A stretch of DNA of 64,000 bases from an uncultured Candidatus Binatia bacterium (GTDB lineage: Bacteria > Desulfobacterota > Binatia > UBA9968 > JAJDTQ01): contig OZ251459.1 of the NCBI GenBank assembly GCA_965242525.1, positions 3,712,001 to 3,776,000 of the forward strand, written 5' to 3'. The notes below the pieces were generated by a model. It was given only the letters and a program-made list of their open reading frames with translations, was not told the DNA's origin and made no database searches. The translations under genes were made by a program, and so were the position numbers. The first letter of the stretch is position 1. Each line of letters begins with the position of its first letter. This document shows, piece by piece, positions 40,063 to 49,353 of this stretch.

Positions 40063-43000
40063 TCAAGCGGTTGCGCTTGGCTGTTCGAGCAGGGTCCCCT
40101 GCTCGCCGCGCTCTTCGCGTGCGAGGCGGGCGATCTCCGGCCAGCTCTGGACGAGCGCGTTGTAGGACGAGGCTTCCGCGGCGCGGCTCCGGCGCTCGGC
40201 GACAGCGTAGAGGCGGTAGGCGAGCTCGCGGGCGGTCTCGGCGACCCCGCCGAGTTTGCGGACGAGTCCCGCGGCCGCGGTCTCGCCCCCGGTTTCGAGG
40301 GCGCGAACGAGTTGATGGACCGTTTCCCAAGCGGTCAGCCTCGGGTCCGCGGCCGGGTCCCAATCCGCGGAAAGCTCCTCGGGCTCCAGCAACCGGACCT
40401 TGCCCGCCTTCGATGCGAGGACGCCGGCCTCCACCAGTCCGCCGACGCTGGTGTTCTTGGCCTTGGAGAGCGTCTCCGCGGCGCCGTACTCGCCCGCTTC
40501 GAATCCGTGCTGCTCGAACCACGCCAGCGCCCAACGGCTGTCGGCGTCGAAGTCGCCCTCCTGCTCCGCAAGGGTTTCGTCCAGGGTCTGGTTGATGAGC
40601 GCCAGCGCCTCCCGGACCGACACCGACTTGCCGGAGGCGTCCAGCACCCTGGCGTAGCGGGTATAGACCGCCATGCCGGGGCCGATGGCCGCCTGCGCCA
40701 GATCCACCGGCGCGATGTTGCCGGATTGCAGGTGGGCGAGGGCAGCGGGAAGCTCGGCTTTGAGCGCCGCCACGAACTCCCGGCGGGTGGCGAGGGAGGC
40801 GTCGGCCGGGCGTTTGCGGCAGACGAGGACGATGGAGGATGCGAGGGCGTTGGCGCCCATCCCGATCATGCGATTGCCGAGCTCAGTACGCATCGGCCAG
40901 GTACCGGTAACGGCGAAACCGGCACGGATCACGGCGTCGAGGAAGGTCTCCCATCCATTGCTGACCCCTGGGAGCGCGGGCGTCCCGCCCGCATTCGTCC
41001 TGCGGATACTCTCCGATTGCTTGAACGCATAGTAGATCGTGACCGGAAAGGAGGGATATGTCTGTTCGGCGAGGCGCTGCATGGCCCGCGTCATCCCGTC
41101 AAGAAAGAAGGTTTCGGCCTCGTCCTTGCCCCCGTGCCGGTAAGGAGTAGCGACCAGTTCCTCCGCCTTCGGGACGGCGAGCGTGGCGAAGAGATCGGGG
41201 AACGTCGAGCGTAATGACCGGCGCAGCCAGACGTAGAAGAAGTCGGACAGATCCGCGTAGCCGACGTTGTCGTAGTAGGGCGGGTCAGTTGATACCAACT
41301 TCCAAGTCGACAAATCTTGTTGAGCAGTAGCATCGAGCTGACAGGATCGCCCGAGTGTTCCACTTCGAAATTGTTTTTCTACGACTTCATAGACGGACTT
41401 CGTAGTTCCGAAGACATCGCCTCCGGCTCCGGCAAGAGGATTGGTCTCTGCGAAATCCCATACCATCGGCAGCGCTTGGCGACTGAATGTACCGACAAGC
41501 TTGTCTCGTTGTTCCCACCGACACAGGCCGGTGTTTCGGTCACACGCCTTGCTCTGCGCGAAGGCCAGATACACTCCCACCGCCTCGGCATACGCTGTTG
41601 CGCTCGTGCCACCGTCACGCAGGGGGAGATCGTCCCCTGGGAGCGCGGGCGTCCCGCCCGCATTTTCCTTGAGCGGGCGGGACGCCCGCGCTCCCAGGAT
41701 GTCCTGCTTGATCCGCGCGATTGCTTCCGTCACCAAGTCGGAGAAGGTGGTCAACGCGACCAGTTGGCGGGGGGTGAAGAGGTCCCCCCAGATCGTCAGG
41801 CCGTAGGGCACGCAGGTTCCGCCGGTGAGCCTCGCCGGAACGTCGCCGTCCGGCCGCCACTCCGGCTCCGCCTCCCGGGCGCGCTCCTCATGCTCCGACG
41901 TGGGCGCCAGATAGACGCGCCCGTGATCTCCCTCCGCGACGATGGCCATCAACCGGGCGCCCATGCGGCCAGCCTTCCCTTCGGCCTTGATGTAGTCACC
42001 GGCGACCGGCATGTCGGACATCAGGCAGCGGAAATTCGCGCCGCGGCCCAGCTTGGTTCCTTGTGTGGGCGGGAAGCCCGCGTCCTCCCGGGACACGCCG
42101 TTCCCGGAATGCATGGATTCCCGCTTACGCGGGAATGACGAGGATGGGGTCGGGATGTCCGCGCTACCAGGAGCGCCGGCCTTTGGTGCGCCGGTTCCAG
42201 GAGGACCTACCTTCACCGTGAAGCGGTAGCCGTCCTCCCCGACTACCGGCTCGACATACGCCTCCTTGCCCTTCTTCGTCGAGAGCATGAAGGTCGAGGC
42301 CAGCGGTACGTCCACGTCCCGGAACGCCGGGTTCGGGCTCTTGACCGTGCGTGCCCACAGCCACGCGATGACGGTCAGCTTCCGGCCCACGTACCGTTCC
42401 AGGTCCGGCCGCTCCCGCGCCATCGCCGCGGTGACCTCGACCTTCGGATACAGATGCCCGATGCGCTTTTCGGCCTCGTCGCGCATCCATCGACCGTAGT
42501 AGCGCACGTCCTCGGCCAGCCCTTGCGCGCCCTTCCAATCCTCCCGCTCAATCAGCGACTCCTTGGCGGCCGGTGCGTCGGGGCGGGCCTCGGGGTTCAC
42601 CGGCGGGCGGCCGGCGAACTTCGGCGGGATCTCGATCATCGCCTTGTTGATGAGCACCGCCACCGGGTTCAAGTCCGAGGCATGGGCTTCCAGCCCCAGG
42701 CGCTGCGCTTCCAGCGGCAGCGCGCCGCCGCCCGCGAACGGATCGTGGAAGGCCGGCAGCCGGTCGGGGTCGAACAGTTCGTCCGCCCGCGGATGGTCGC
42801 GATTCTCCGCGCAGGTCCGCCGCCAGCTTGTCCGGATCTCGTCGCGGGCGGCCTGCAACAGCGCCTCGTTCGTGGTGTTCTCCCACTTCACCAGTTCCTC
42901 GATGAGGCGGAACAGCCGCCGCCGTTCCTTCTCCTGGGCTTCCTCCGTGGGGAACCGGTCCGGCGACGCGGAGGGGTCGTCCACCATCTGCGCGAAGATC

Positions 43001-43158
43001 ACCGCCCGCGCCGCGGCCAACGGGCGCCGCGCCCACCACAGATGCAGCGTGCTCGGATGCCCGTGCCGGATGGACTTCTCCCGCGCGGAAGCCGCATTGA
43101 CGGCGTCGAGTGGCAGCGCCACTTCGATGAGCTTCTTCCGTTCGTGTGATCGGATCAT
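40063..43158 (-). CDS. DUF1156 adenine-specific DNA methyltransferase
   Basis: [17 protein letters not shown] (SAM binding) and TDPPYYDN (catalytic) motifs. Confidence 0.92.
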   Translation of the reverse strand: MIRSHERKKLIEVALPLDAVNAASAREKSIRHGHPSTLHLWWARRPLAAARAVIFAQMVDDPSASPDRFPTEEAQEKERRRLFRLIEELVKWENTTNEALLQAARDEIRTSWRRTCAENRDHPRADELFDPDRLPAFHDPFAGGGALPLEAQRLGLEAHASDLNPVAVLINKAMIEIPPKFAGRPPVNPEARPDAPAAKESLIEREDWKGAQGLAEDVRYYGRWMRDEAEKRIGHLYPKVEVTAAMARERPDLERYVGRKLTVIAWLWARTVKSPNPAFRDVDVPLASTFMLSTKKGKEAYVEPVVGEDGYRFTVKVGPPGTGAPKAGAPGSADIPTPSSSFPRKRESMHSGNGVSREDAGFPPTQGTKLGRGANFRCLMSDMPVAGDYIKAEGKAGRMGARLMAIVAEGDHGRVYLAPTSEHEERAREAEPEWRPDGDVPARLTGGTCVPYGLTIWGDLFTPRQLVALTTFSDLVTEAIARIKQDILGARASRPLKENAGGTPALPGDDLPLRDGGTSATAYAEAVGVYLAFAQSKACDRNTGLCRWEQRDKLVGTFSRQALPMVWDFAETNPLAGAGGDVFGTTKSVYEVVEKQFRSGTLGRSCQLDATAQQDLSTWKLVSTDPPYYDNVGYADLSDFFYVWLRRSLRSTFPDLFATLAVPKAEELVATPYRHGGKDEAETFFLDGMTRAMQRLAEQTYPSFPVTIYYAFKQSESIRRTNAGGTPALPGVSNGWETFLDAVIRAGFAVTGTWPMRTELGNRMIGMGANALASSIVLVCRKRPADASLATRREFVAALKAELPAALAHLQSGNIAPVDLAQAAIGPGMAVYTRYARVLDASGKSVSVREALALINQTLDETLAEQEGDFDADSRWALAWFEQHGFEAGEYGAAETLSKAKNTSVGGLVEAGVLASKAGKVRLLEPEELSADWDPAADPRLTAWETVHQLVRALETGGETAAAGLVRKLGGVAETARELAYRLYAVAERRSRAAEASSYNALVQSWPEIARLAREERGEQGTLLEQPSATA
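41637..41698. repeat. Intragenic REP doublet (26-bp inverted repeat) in frame within the methylase
   Basis: cctgggagcgcgggcgtcccgcccgc-N~11-gcgggcgggacgcccgcgctcccagg; encodes [21 protein letters not shown]. Confidence 0.85.
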
Positions 43159-43269
43159 CAAATTCAGTACCAGTGCAGTCGATGACACATACTGAATACC
43201 GAGATCATACAAGCATTGACCAGAAGTTCCGATATTAAACTGCGGCCTCATGTACCGATCATTCTTCGG

Positions 43270-44448
43270 TCACCCGTCTGGAAGCGCATCTGCCGCATCG
43301 TAACCTTCTTTGGTTACTTTGAATACTTCACCTTTGTGTCCGGCATCCTTGATGTACCGCCGCCGTCGCAGCTCTTCAAGACCCTCTTCCCAACGAGCGA
43401 GTGTTCGTGGTTTCTCATCCTGATTCATTACTTTTCCATTCACTTGAATCCAGGTACCTCCAAGAGTACCCATTAAAAAGATAAAGCCATCAGCCTTCAC
43501 AGCTTCTCGCAAGATGGCCTTAGCTTCTTCCGAGAGTCCAGAGGCTGTCGATGGTATTTCGTGTGCCTCGGTAATGCTGGTTGTTCCCCCTTTCCAATCG
43601 ACGTTTCCCAGTGCAACCGGCAATGCTCGAAGGATTTCTCTGAGTGCCTGGAGCCGAGTATTCGGTGTTTTCCAGACATAGGGCTTCAAGAGTTCGGGAA
43701 CCCCTACCGTTCCACCTCCGGAATTCTCAAACAACAATGTGACGATGACAAATTTATCTCCCTTTTTACGCTTTTCCTGGATAGCGTAAGTTATCTCCGT
43801 CTCCAGATAACCTTCATCCTTGAAGAATGGAGTAATAAAAAACACCACGGCGCATGAATCTTGCATGCCCTGAAGAATTGCACGTTCAACCGGTGAACCG
43901 GCAGGCATTGCTTCTTCATCAAGCCAAGGCTCGTAGCCTAATGCCTCCAGTGTATCCTTGAAATCAATGACCATGTCCTTGTCTGAACCTTTATGGCTCA
44001 AGAATATCTTCTTCGAGTCACTGGTAGCCATGTCAGTCTCTCCTCCGCAGATGATGCAGTAGTACCTGTCCCTTTGATCTGCCTTGATGGTTTCTCCACA
44101 GCATCGAAAGTGCAGAACTTTCAAATGATCATCTGTGTCCACCGGGGATACTATGGGATCAGGGATGTTGGAAGCCACCTCAACACGGAAAAATTCATTT
44201 GATGTGCTCTTGAGTTGCCGTTGGAATTTTTCCAATTCAGGGCGAACGACAACATCGGTTACGGCTGACTGGATGTAGTCTATCTGTTCTGGAGTCCACC
44301 AGCAATCGTGCTCATTGTGGCAACAGTAGGGACAAAACGAAATGGGTTTGTCGCTGCCGGAACCGAAAAGCACCTTGAAGCGTTGTCGGCATGAGGGGCA
44401 CTCCTGTGACAGGAAACCGTCGGAATCCGTATCGAATCTCACTTCCAC
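43270..44448 (-). CDS. TIR-domain protein with N-terminal Cys-rich region
   Basis: KIFLSHKGSDK, EPWLDE and YLETEI; CPSC/CPYC/CIIC motifs; visibly AT-richer than its flanks. Confidence 0.82.
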   Translation of the reverse strand: MEVRFDTDSDGFLSQECPSCRQRFKVLFGSGSDKPISFCPYCCHNEHDCWWTPEQIDYIQSAVTDVVVRPELEKFQRQLKSTSNEFFRVEVASNIPDPIVSPVDTDDHLKVLHFRCCGETIKADQRDRYYCIICGGETDMATSDSKKIFLSHKGSDKDMVIDFKDTLEALGYEPWLDEEAMPAGSPVERAILQGMQDSCAVVFFITPFFKDEGYLETEITYAIQEKRKKGDKFVIVTLLFENSGGGTVGVPELLKPYVWKTPNTRLQALREILRALPVALGNVDWKGGTTSITEAHEIPSTASGLSEEAKAILREAVKADGFIFLMGTLGGTWIQVNGKVMNQDEKPRTLARWEEGLEELRRRRYIKDAGHKGEVFKVTKEGYDAADALPDG

Positions 44449-44692
44449 TGCGATGATCCTCGTAAATCTGGTGGATTCCTGTCGTTTGCCCTTACGGGGT
44501 ACTGAACTCCGTTCGGCTGGATCCTGAGTTTGGGCTCACCTTGTACATTATTCTACAATTCGCGGCGCGTTGTAGGGATGCCGAAGCTGTGCCGATGCTT
44601 CAGTTCCGCTCGAAGCTTCATCATACCCGAAAATGAGTGCCGCACTCAACACTCTACTCCCCGGAATACTTGCAGTCCCGCTCGATTCGCCG

Positions 44693-45904
44693 TCATGCCT
44701 GCGCCCTCACCGTGCAATGGACCCTGTTCGGCTCGACCTGGAACTCAGGCTCCGGTTGGCCGTTGGCCAGCAACTCCCGCCGTGCGGCGGGGATGCCGAA
44801 CCCGTATCGCTGCACCAGACCGAGCACGCGCATCGCCTCTGCAAGGATCGGGTTGCGGTAATCCACGACTCCGGGCTGGCCGAAGGCGCTCGTGGTCACG
44901 GCGCCGTAAGGGCCGCCGGGGCTGATGATCTCGATACGGTCGTCGAACCAGTACACCCGGACAGGGGCGTTCGTGCCCTCATAGGTCCGGTGCATGACCG
45001 CGTTGCGGACGAGTTGTTGCAGGGCGCCGAGGGGATAAGCGGAGCGGCGAGTTTCGACGGGGCCGGACGTGAAGTCCACCGCGGTGCGGTTGTGGGCGAT
45101 GAGCTTGTCGTCCAGCCGGCGGATCACGTCGGCCACCGGCCCGTCACATCGGGCTTCGTCAACCACCTCTCCGCCCCATTCGTTTCCGCCGATCCGAAGG
45201 AACTGGATATAGGCGCCCTGCAGGTGCTCCTGCGGGCGCTTGCCCAGGACGAGGACCCCTGCCACAGTAGGAATCGGGTCCTCGCCCGAGACGATCATCT
45301 TGGCCGCGGCCAACCGCTCCTCGGGCGTCCGGTCGTTTGCGGCCAGGGTCTCGGGGTCGATGGCGGCCGGCAGATATTCGTCCTTGAAGAGGCCCACTCT
45401 CAGATCCGCAAGGCCGGCAGTGTAAACCGGCCGCGCGTCGAAATGCGGGTCGTGGTGCCTGCGCTTCTCGTTCAGTATCCTCTCGTCCTGCGCACTCGCA
45501 ACGGCGCGGCGCGGTCCCACGCGGATCCAGGTCCGTCCCCGGTAGCGAACCGGCGGAGAGTCCGAGGGCAGGACGGTGACGACCGCAACGTCATGCCCGA
45601 AAAGATGGTGCTTGCCAACGGTCAAGGACGGCGGCGGCACGATGTTTCCATCGGTCTTGACGTCGGCAAGCTGCCGCAACAGTTCATCCGTGACCTCGAT
45701 ACCGCTGGGCCTGCCGCCGTCGTCCGCTCCCACGAAGACGACGCCCGGACGCCGGTGGTCCGGCAGGTCGTTGGCGAAAGCGCAGACCGCTTCCCGGACC
45801 CTCGCCGGGGAGTCGCCCTGCAACGACTCCTTTCGTTCGACCCGATCGGATTCGAGGTCCGCCATCATGGCTTCGAGTTCATCATCCGAATAGGCGTCCG
45901 TCAT
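44693..45904 (-). CDS. Schlafen/AlbA_2 plus HATPase_c_4 protein (paralogue of 24023-25207)
   Basis: ESDRVERKES, CAFANDLP, PPVRYRGRTWIRVGP, NAVMHRTY and DRIEIISPGG motifs. Confidence 0.85.
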   Translation of the reverse strand: MTDAYSDDELEAMMADLESDRVERKESLQGDSPARVREAVCAFANDLPDHRRPGVVFVGADDGGRPSGIEVTDELLRQLADVKTDGNIVPPPSLTVGKHHLFGHDVAVVTVLPSDSPPVRYRGRTWIRVGPRRAVASAQDERILNEKRRHHDPHFDARPVYTAGLADLRVGLFKDEYLPAAIDPETLAANDRTPEERLAAAKMIVSGEDPIPTVAGVLVLGKRPQEHLQGAYIQFLRIGGNEWGGEVVDEARCDGPVADVIRRLDDKLIAHNRTAVDFTSGPVETRRSAYPLGALQQLVRNAVMHRTYEGTNAPVRVYWFDDRIEIISPGGPYGAVTTSAFGQPGVVDYRNPILAEAMRVLGLVQRYGFGIPAARRELLANGQPEPEFQVEPNRVHCTVRAQA

Positions 45905-46031
45905 CGCGGTTACCCCCGCTTGTGCATGCCTCTTATCGGCGTTCCTCATGAAGCGGCTCGGCTATCGTTCGTCTGCCCACCGCAGCCGCAGTTTCAGGGC
46001 GTTCAGACGATTCCACGGCAGAAGCTCCTTA

Positions 46032-46814
46032 TTACTGCTTCCTCACATACCGGGACCACTCATTGATATCCACCTTGTCATCCGAAAACAGGCCGCGCAT
46101 GTCCTTGGCCTGGGGCAAAGGCCCACGTCCCAAGGGAGAGAACGAATCGACCTTGATCGACGTAGGTTCTCCCCGAACGTTGAACCTCACTTCGCCGCTC
46201 ACCGACAGGCGGCAGCCCAGATATTCGATCACCTGGTCCAGCGTCTCCCGGTCGCACCTGCACTGGATCCGGCGATCGGTGATGGCATCGTAAATGGCGA
46301 ACTGTACTCCGCCGTGTATGGAGAGAGCTTCCAGGGCGCCTTCTACGGAACCGATGGCAATCGACGTCGTCCCCATGAGCTGGTCCACGTGCACGACAAG
46401 GCGACTCGTAAGGGGTACTCGTTGCGCCGGTGTCGATCCTTCGCCTCCGAAGACGGCAATGGAGCCCGTATCGGGGGCAACGGAAACTGCGAGAGCCTTC
46501 GCCCGCTTGAGGGCGTCGTCCGTAAAGTGATCCGGGCGGCTTGGCTCCTTTTCGATCTTGCTGAGTCCGGAGAGAGCAGTGGCGATAATCCTGTCTGCAC
46601 AATCGGGTCCATATCGAGGTTCCGGATCCGGTCTTACGGCCAGACTGGCGCTGCCCATTCGCAAGTCCGATATAAACCAGTGAAGGTCCCGTGCGCCGGA
46701 TACGGCGAACTCCAGTTCGGACAACAGACCGGACAGCTCCCCGGCGGCACTGATAAAAACCTCGAGCGGGATATCGTCTCCCGTGAGATTCAATCCGATG
46801 TTCCGATTATCCAT
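46032..46814 (-). CDS. Hypothetical protein, possible C-terminal OB-like domain
   Basis: Normal globular composition, co-oriented, directly downstream of a promoter-like sequence. Confidence 0.65.
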   Translation of the reverse strand: MDNRNIGLNLTGDDIPLEVFISAAGELSGLLSELEFAVSGARDLHWFISDLRMGSASLAVRPDPEPRYGPDCADRIIATALSGLSKIEKEPSRPDHFTDDALKRAKALAVSVAPDTGSIAVFGGEGSTPAQRVPLTSRLVVHVDQLMGTTSIAIGSVEGALEALSIHGGVQFAIYDAITDRRIQCRCDRETLDQVIEYLGCRLSVSGEVRFNVRGEPTSIKVDSFSPLGRGPLPQAKDMRGLFSDDKVDINEWSRYVRKQ

Positions 46815-46879
46815 TGGTGCGGCCGCTCCAATACGGCGTGACCGGTGGAAATGACTTCGCGCCGACCCCGTTGGCTCCC

Positions 46880-46908
46880 ATTATACACCCGTCGTCCTTG
46901 CCCGTCGA
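46880..46908 (-). promoter_or_regulatory. Sigma70-like promoter TCGACG-N17-TATAAT
   Basis: Perfect -10 and 17-bp spacer; conserved in the second copy at 51138-51166. Confidence 0.65.
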
Positions 46909-46950
46909 GTCTGGCTTCAGCCGAAGAAATGGCCAGGTTTCCCGGTTCCC

Positions 46951-47030
46951 TCACCTCGGCGCATCCCTTCACGCCAGCATCTCGTGCAGCTCGTAGTTCA
47001 CGCTCACCACCCCGAAGTTCGGCTCACCGT
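46951..47030 (-). pseudogene. Remnant 3' tail of a second helicase-DUF3883 allele
   Basis: Translates EPNFGVVSVNYELHEMLA*RDAPR*, compared with the helicase end EPDFGAVSVNYKLDDLLARGEEPG*. Confidence 0.8.
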
Positions 47031-47048
47031 GCGAATAGGCGTCCGTCG

Positions 47049-48758
47049 TCATGCGAAGTCCGACCTCCACAAGTGCACCGCTCGTCCCGCAAGCCTGCGC
47101 TGGCGTTCGTCCATCAACTCCGGCGTCCATCGTTCGGGCGCCATCTCCGGGATCCGCCGGGTGAGGGCATAGGCGCTATTGCCATAGGCGTCGAGCTTGT
47201 CGGCATAGGGGCCGTTCCCCACGTTGCGGTTGGCGGCGGGTTCCAGGAGAGTGAGGTTGCCGAGCCGATAAACGGATGCTTCCCATCGTTCGGCGGGGAG
47301 AGCCTCTCTCCATGCCTCCGCTGGATTCTCCGGGAGGATATGCTCGATGCTGCCGGGGTCGGTCTCCGGATCGCAGGCATGGCCCGCGGCGTCTTGTTCG
47401 AGCCGCGCGAGGATATACTTCGCGAGCTTTTTCCTCTGGCCGCGGGTGTTGACCACAAGCAGGGCGAAGTTCTGCCGTGTCCTTTCGTCGTCCACGTAGA
47501 TCGGCTTGAGATGCTCGAACACGGCGGCCGGAGTGCGAGCATCGCCGTCCATGACCGCTTTCGCGGCACGGTGGTAAGCCGGTTCGAGGGCGTTGGTGTT
47601 GAGGCCGCTGACCACCGTGTAGCGGAACGAGATCACGCTGACGAGTTTCAACACGCGGACGAAGTCGTTTCCGTCCAGGGACTCCCAAGCGGCGAACAGC
47701 AGCGGCATGGCCTGCCGCACCCGGAACAGGTTGAGGTCGCGGATGTATTCCTTCGCATCGGGCAAGTCCATCCAGTAACCGTGGTTCGGGTCCGAGACCG
47801 CGGCGAACAACTCGGCGCGGCCTTCGAGATCGTCAAGGAGCTGGAACACATCGGCCGCCGTCCTCGTCCGGTCCCGCACCAGCTTGAACAGACGCTGGCT
47901 CCGAACCTTCGGCTGCTCGCAAAGCAGGTGGTAGCGAAGGAACTCCGGGAAACGCTCCTGGTCCACCGTGGCCATGAGCGACCGCCAGCGGCGATGGAGG
48001 GCTTCGAGATCGGTAGGAACGCTGATCCGGGAGAACAGGTAGTTCTTGAGCAAGTCGGTAGTCGTCAACTCCAGGCCGCGCGCATTGAGCGTCTCGAAGA
48101 CGGTATAGGCGTTCAGCTCGTCTTCCACCGTGATCAGGATGAAGAGAAGCTGACGGGCCACCGTCTCGGAGAGAAGGCCGGCCACGGCCTGACCGTCGTC
48201 GCGCAATTCATCCAGGGTGTCGAGTTGCTTGCCAAAGTAACGGAAACAATCCCGGAGGAGGCGGTTCGACTTCGGCAACCCCCTCGGGTTGCGCGGCTCC
48301 CTGAGTTGGACCAGGTAGTCCTGGTAGAAGGCGTTGTCCGTTTCGTTCAGGTAGAGGCGGCTGCTTTCGATGAGCGACGCCGGGTCTTTCTCCCCAACGA
48401 AGCGGTTGCGGAGCTCCTGTCCCCGTTCCCTGTTCGCGTCGGACTCGATTCCGCGTTCGGCCAAGGCCCACAGCCTGGCGATCACCGCGAGCGCGAGAAG
48501 GCTGAGCGTGGCGAGACGCTGCTGGCCGTCGATGACGAGGAACTCGCGGTCGTTCTTCCCTTCGACGACGAGGGCGCCCAGGTAATGGCGGTCTTCCGGG
48601 CGCGGCCTCAGATCGACGAGGTCGTTCCAGAGGTCCTCCCACTGTTCCTCCGACCAGGAGTAGTCGCGCTGGTACGGAGGGACCCGATACGACCTGCCGT
48701 TGCCGATCAACTCCAGGTAGTTGATCGTGCGAGTATCCAGGATGTTCGTTCCTGCCAC
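47049..48758 (-). CDS. DUF262-DUF1524 protein (GmrSD-like modification-dependent restriction nuclease)
   Basis: VPPYQRDYSW, IDGQQRL and FETLNARG; HNH-like IEHILPE...LGNLTLL. Confidence 0.9.
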   Translation of the reverse strand: MAGTNILDTRTINYLELIGNGRSYRVPPYQRDYSWSEEQWEDLWNDLVDLRPRPEDRHYLGALVVEGKNDREFLVIDGQQRLATLSLLALAVIARLWALAERGIESDANRERGQELRNRFVGEKDPASLIESSRLYLNETDNAFYQDYLVQLREPRNPRGLPKSNRLLRDCFRYFGKQLDTLDELRDDGQAVAGLLSETVARQLLFILITVEDELNAYTVFETLNARGLELTTTDLLKNYLFSRISVPTDLEALHRRWRSLMATVDQERFPEFLRYHLLCEQPKVRSQRLFKLVRDRTRTAADVFQLLDDLEGRAELFAAVSDPNHGYWMDLPDAKEYIRDLNLFRVRQAMPLLFAAWESLDGNDFVRVLKLVSVISFRYTVVSGLNTNALEPAYHRAAKAVMDGDARTPAAVFEHLKPIYVDDERTRQNFALLVVNTRGQRKKLAKYILARLEQDAAGHACDPETDPGSIEHILPENPAEAWREALPAERWEASVYRLGNLTLLEPAANRNVGNGPYADKLDAYGNSAYALTRRIPEMAPERWTPELMDERQRRLAGRAVHLWRSDFA

Positions 48759-48882
48759 CGGGAGTATCCCTTCCGATCCTTCACGCGGACCTCAATCGCT
48801 GCCGTTCCTCCAACACCACCCCCGGGGAGACGGCAGAGTCGGGCGCGTATCGATTGGTCACCTTCGCCACGTTCCGTCCGTA

Positions 48883-49353
48883 TCAACCATCATCCAGCGC
48901 GTCTTTCAGTGTTCCACCGCACCGCACCAGCGCGACTCGTCTCGTTTGTCCGCGCAGGCGGACTTTGCGGGAGCGGAATTCGTTTCGCTGCCTGATCCGA
49001 AGATCCCTCCCGTGAGCGAGAACCGGGACGAACTGGAACGCGCTGTCGTCCGGAAGCCATGCCTCCACGGTTTCAGCCCCACCCTGCAGTTGGTCGACGA
49101 CCTCCGCTGCATCGAAACGCCCGCTTTTCAACTCGATCGGAGCGACCCAGGCTTTGGTATTCTTCTCACCGACGAAAACGTAATCGCACCGCTTCCGGTC
49201 ATCCGGAATATGCAGATCGTGACAATCGAGATCGACCAGTACCCTCTTCACCCTGGCTATACTGACGGAAAGCGTACATCCTTCCTTACTGCAAGAGTTG
49301 AAACGGCACCGGTCGGGAACGGTGTCGGAGACGACCGCAACGAGGCCCTTCAT
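48883..49353 (-). CDS. Small putative PD-(D/E)xK nuclease
   Basis: RCDYVF...IELKSG...DQL pattern; ATGA overlap with the upstream ATPase. Confidence 0.65.
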   Translation of the reverse strand: MKGLVAVVSDTVPDRCRFNSCSKEGCTLSVSIARVKRVLVDLDCHDLHIPDDRKRCDYVFVGEKNTKAWVAPIELKSGRFDAAEVVDQLQGGAETVEAWLPDDSAFQFVPVLAHGRDLRIRQRNEFRSRKVRLRGQTRRVALVRCGGTLKDALDDG

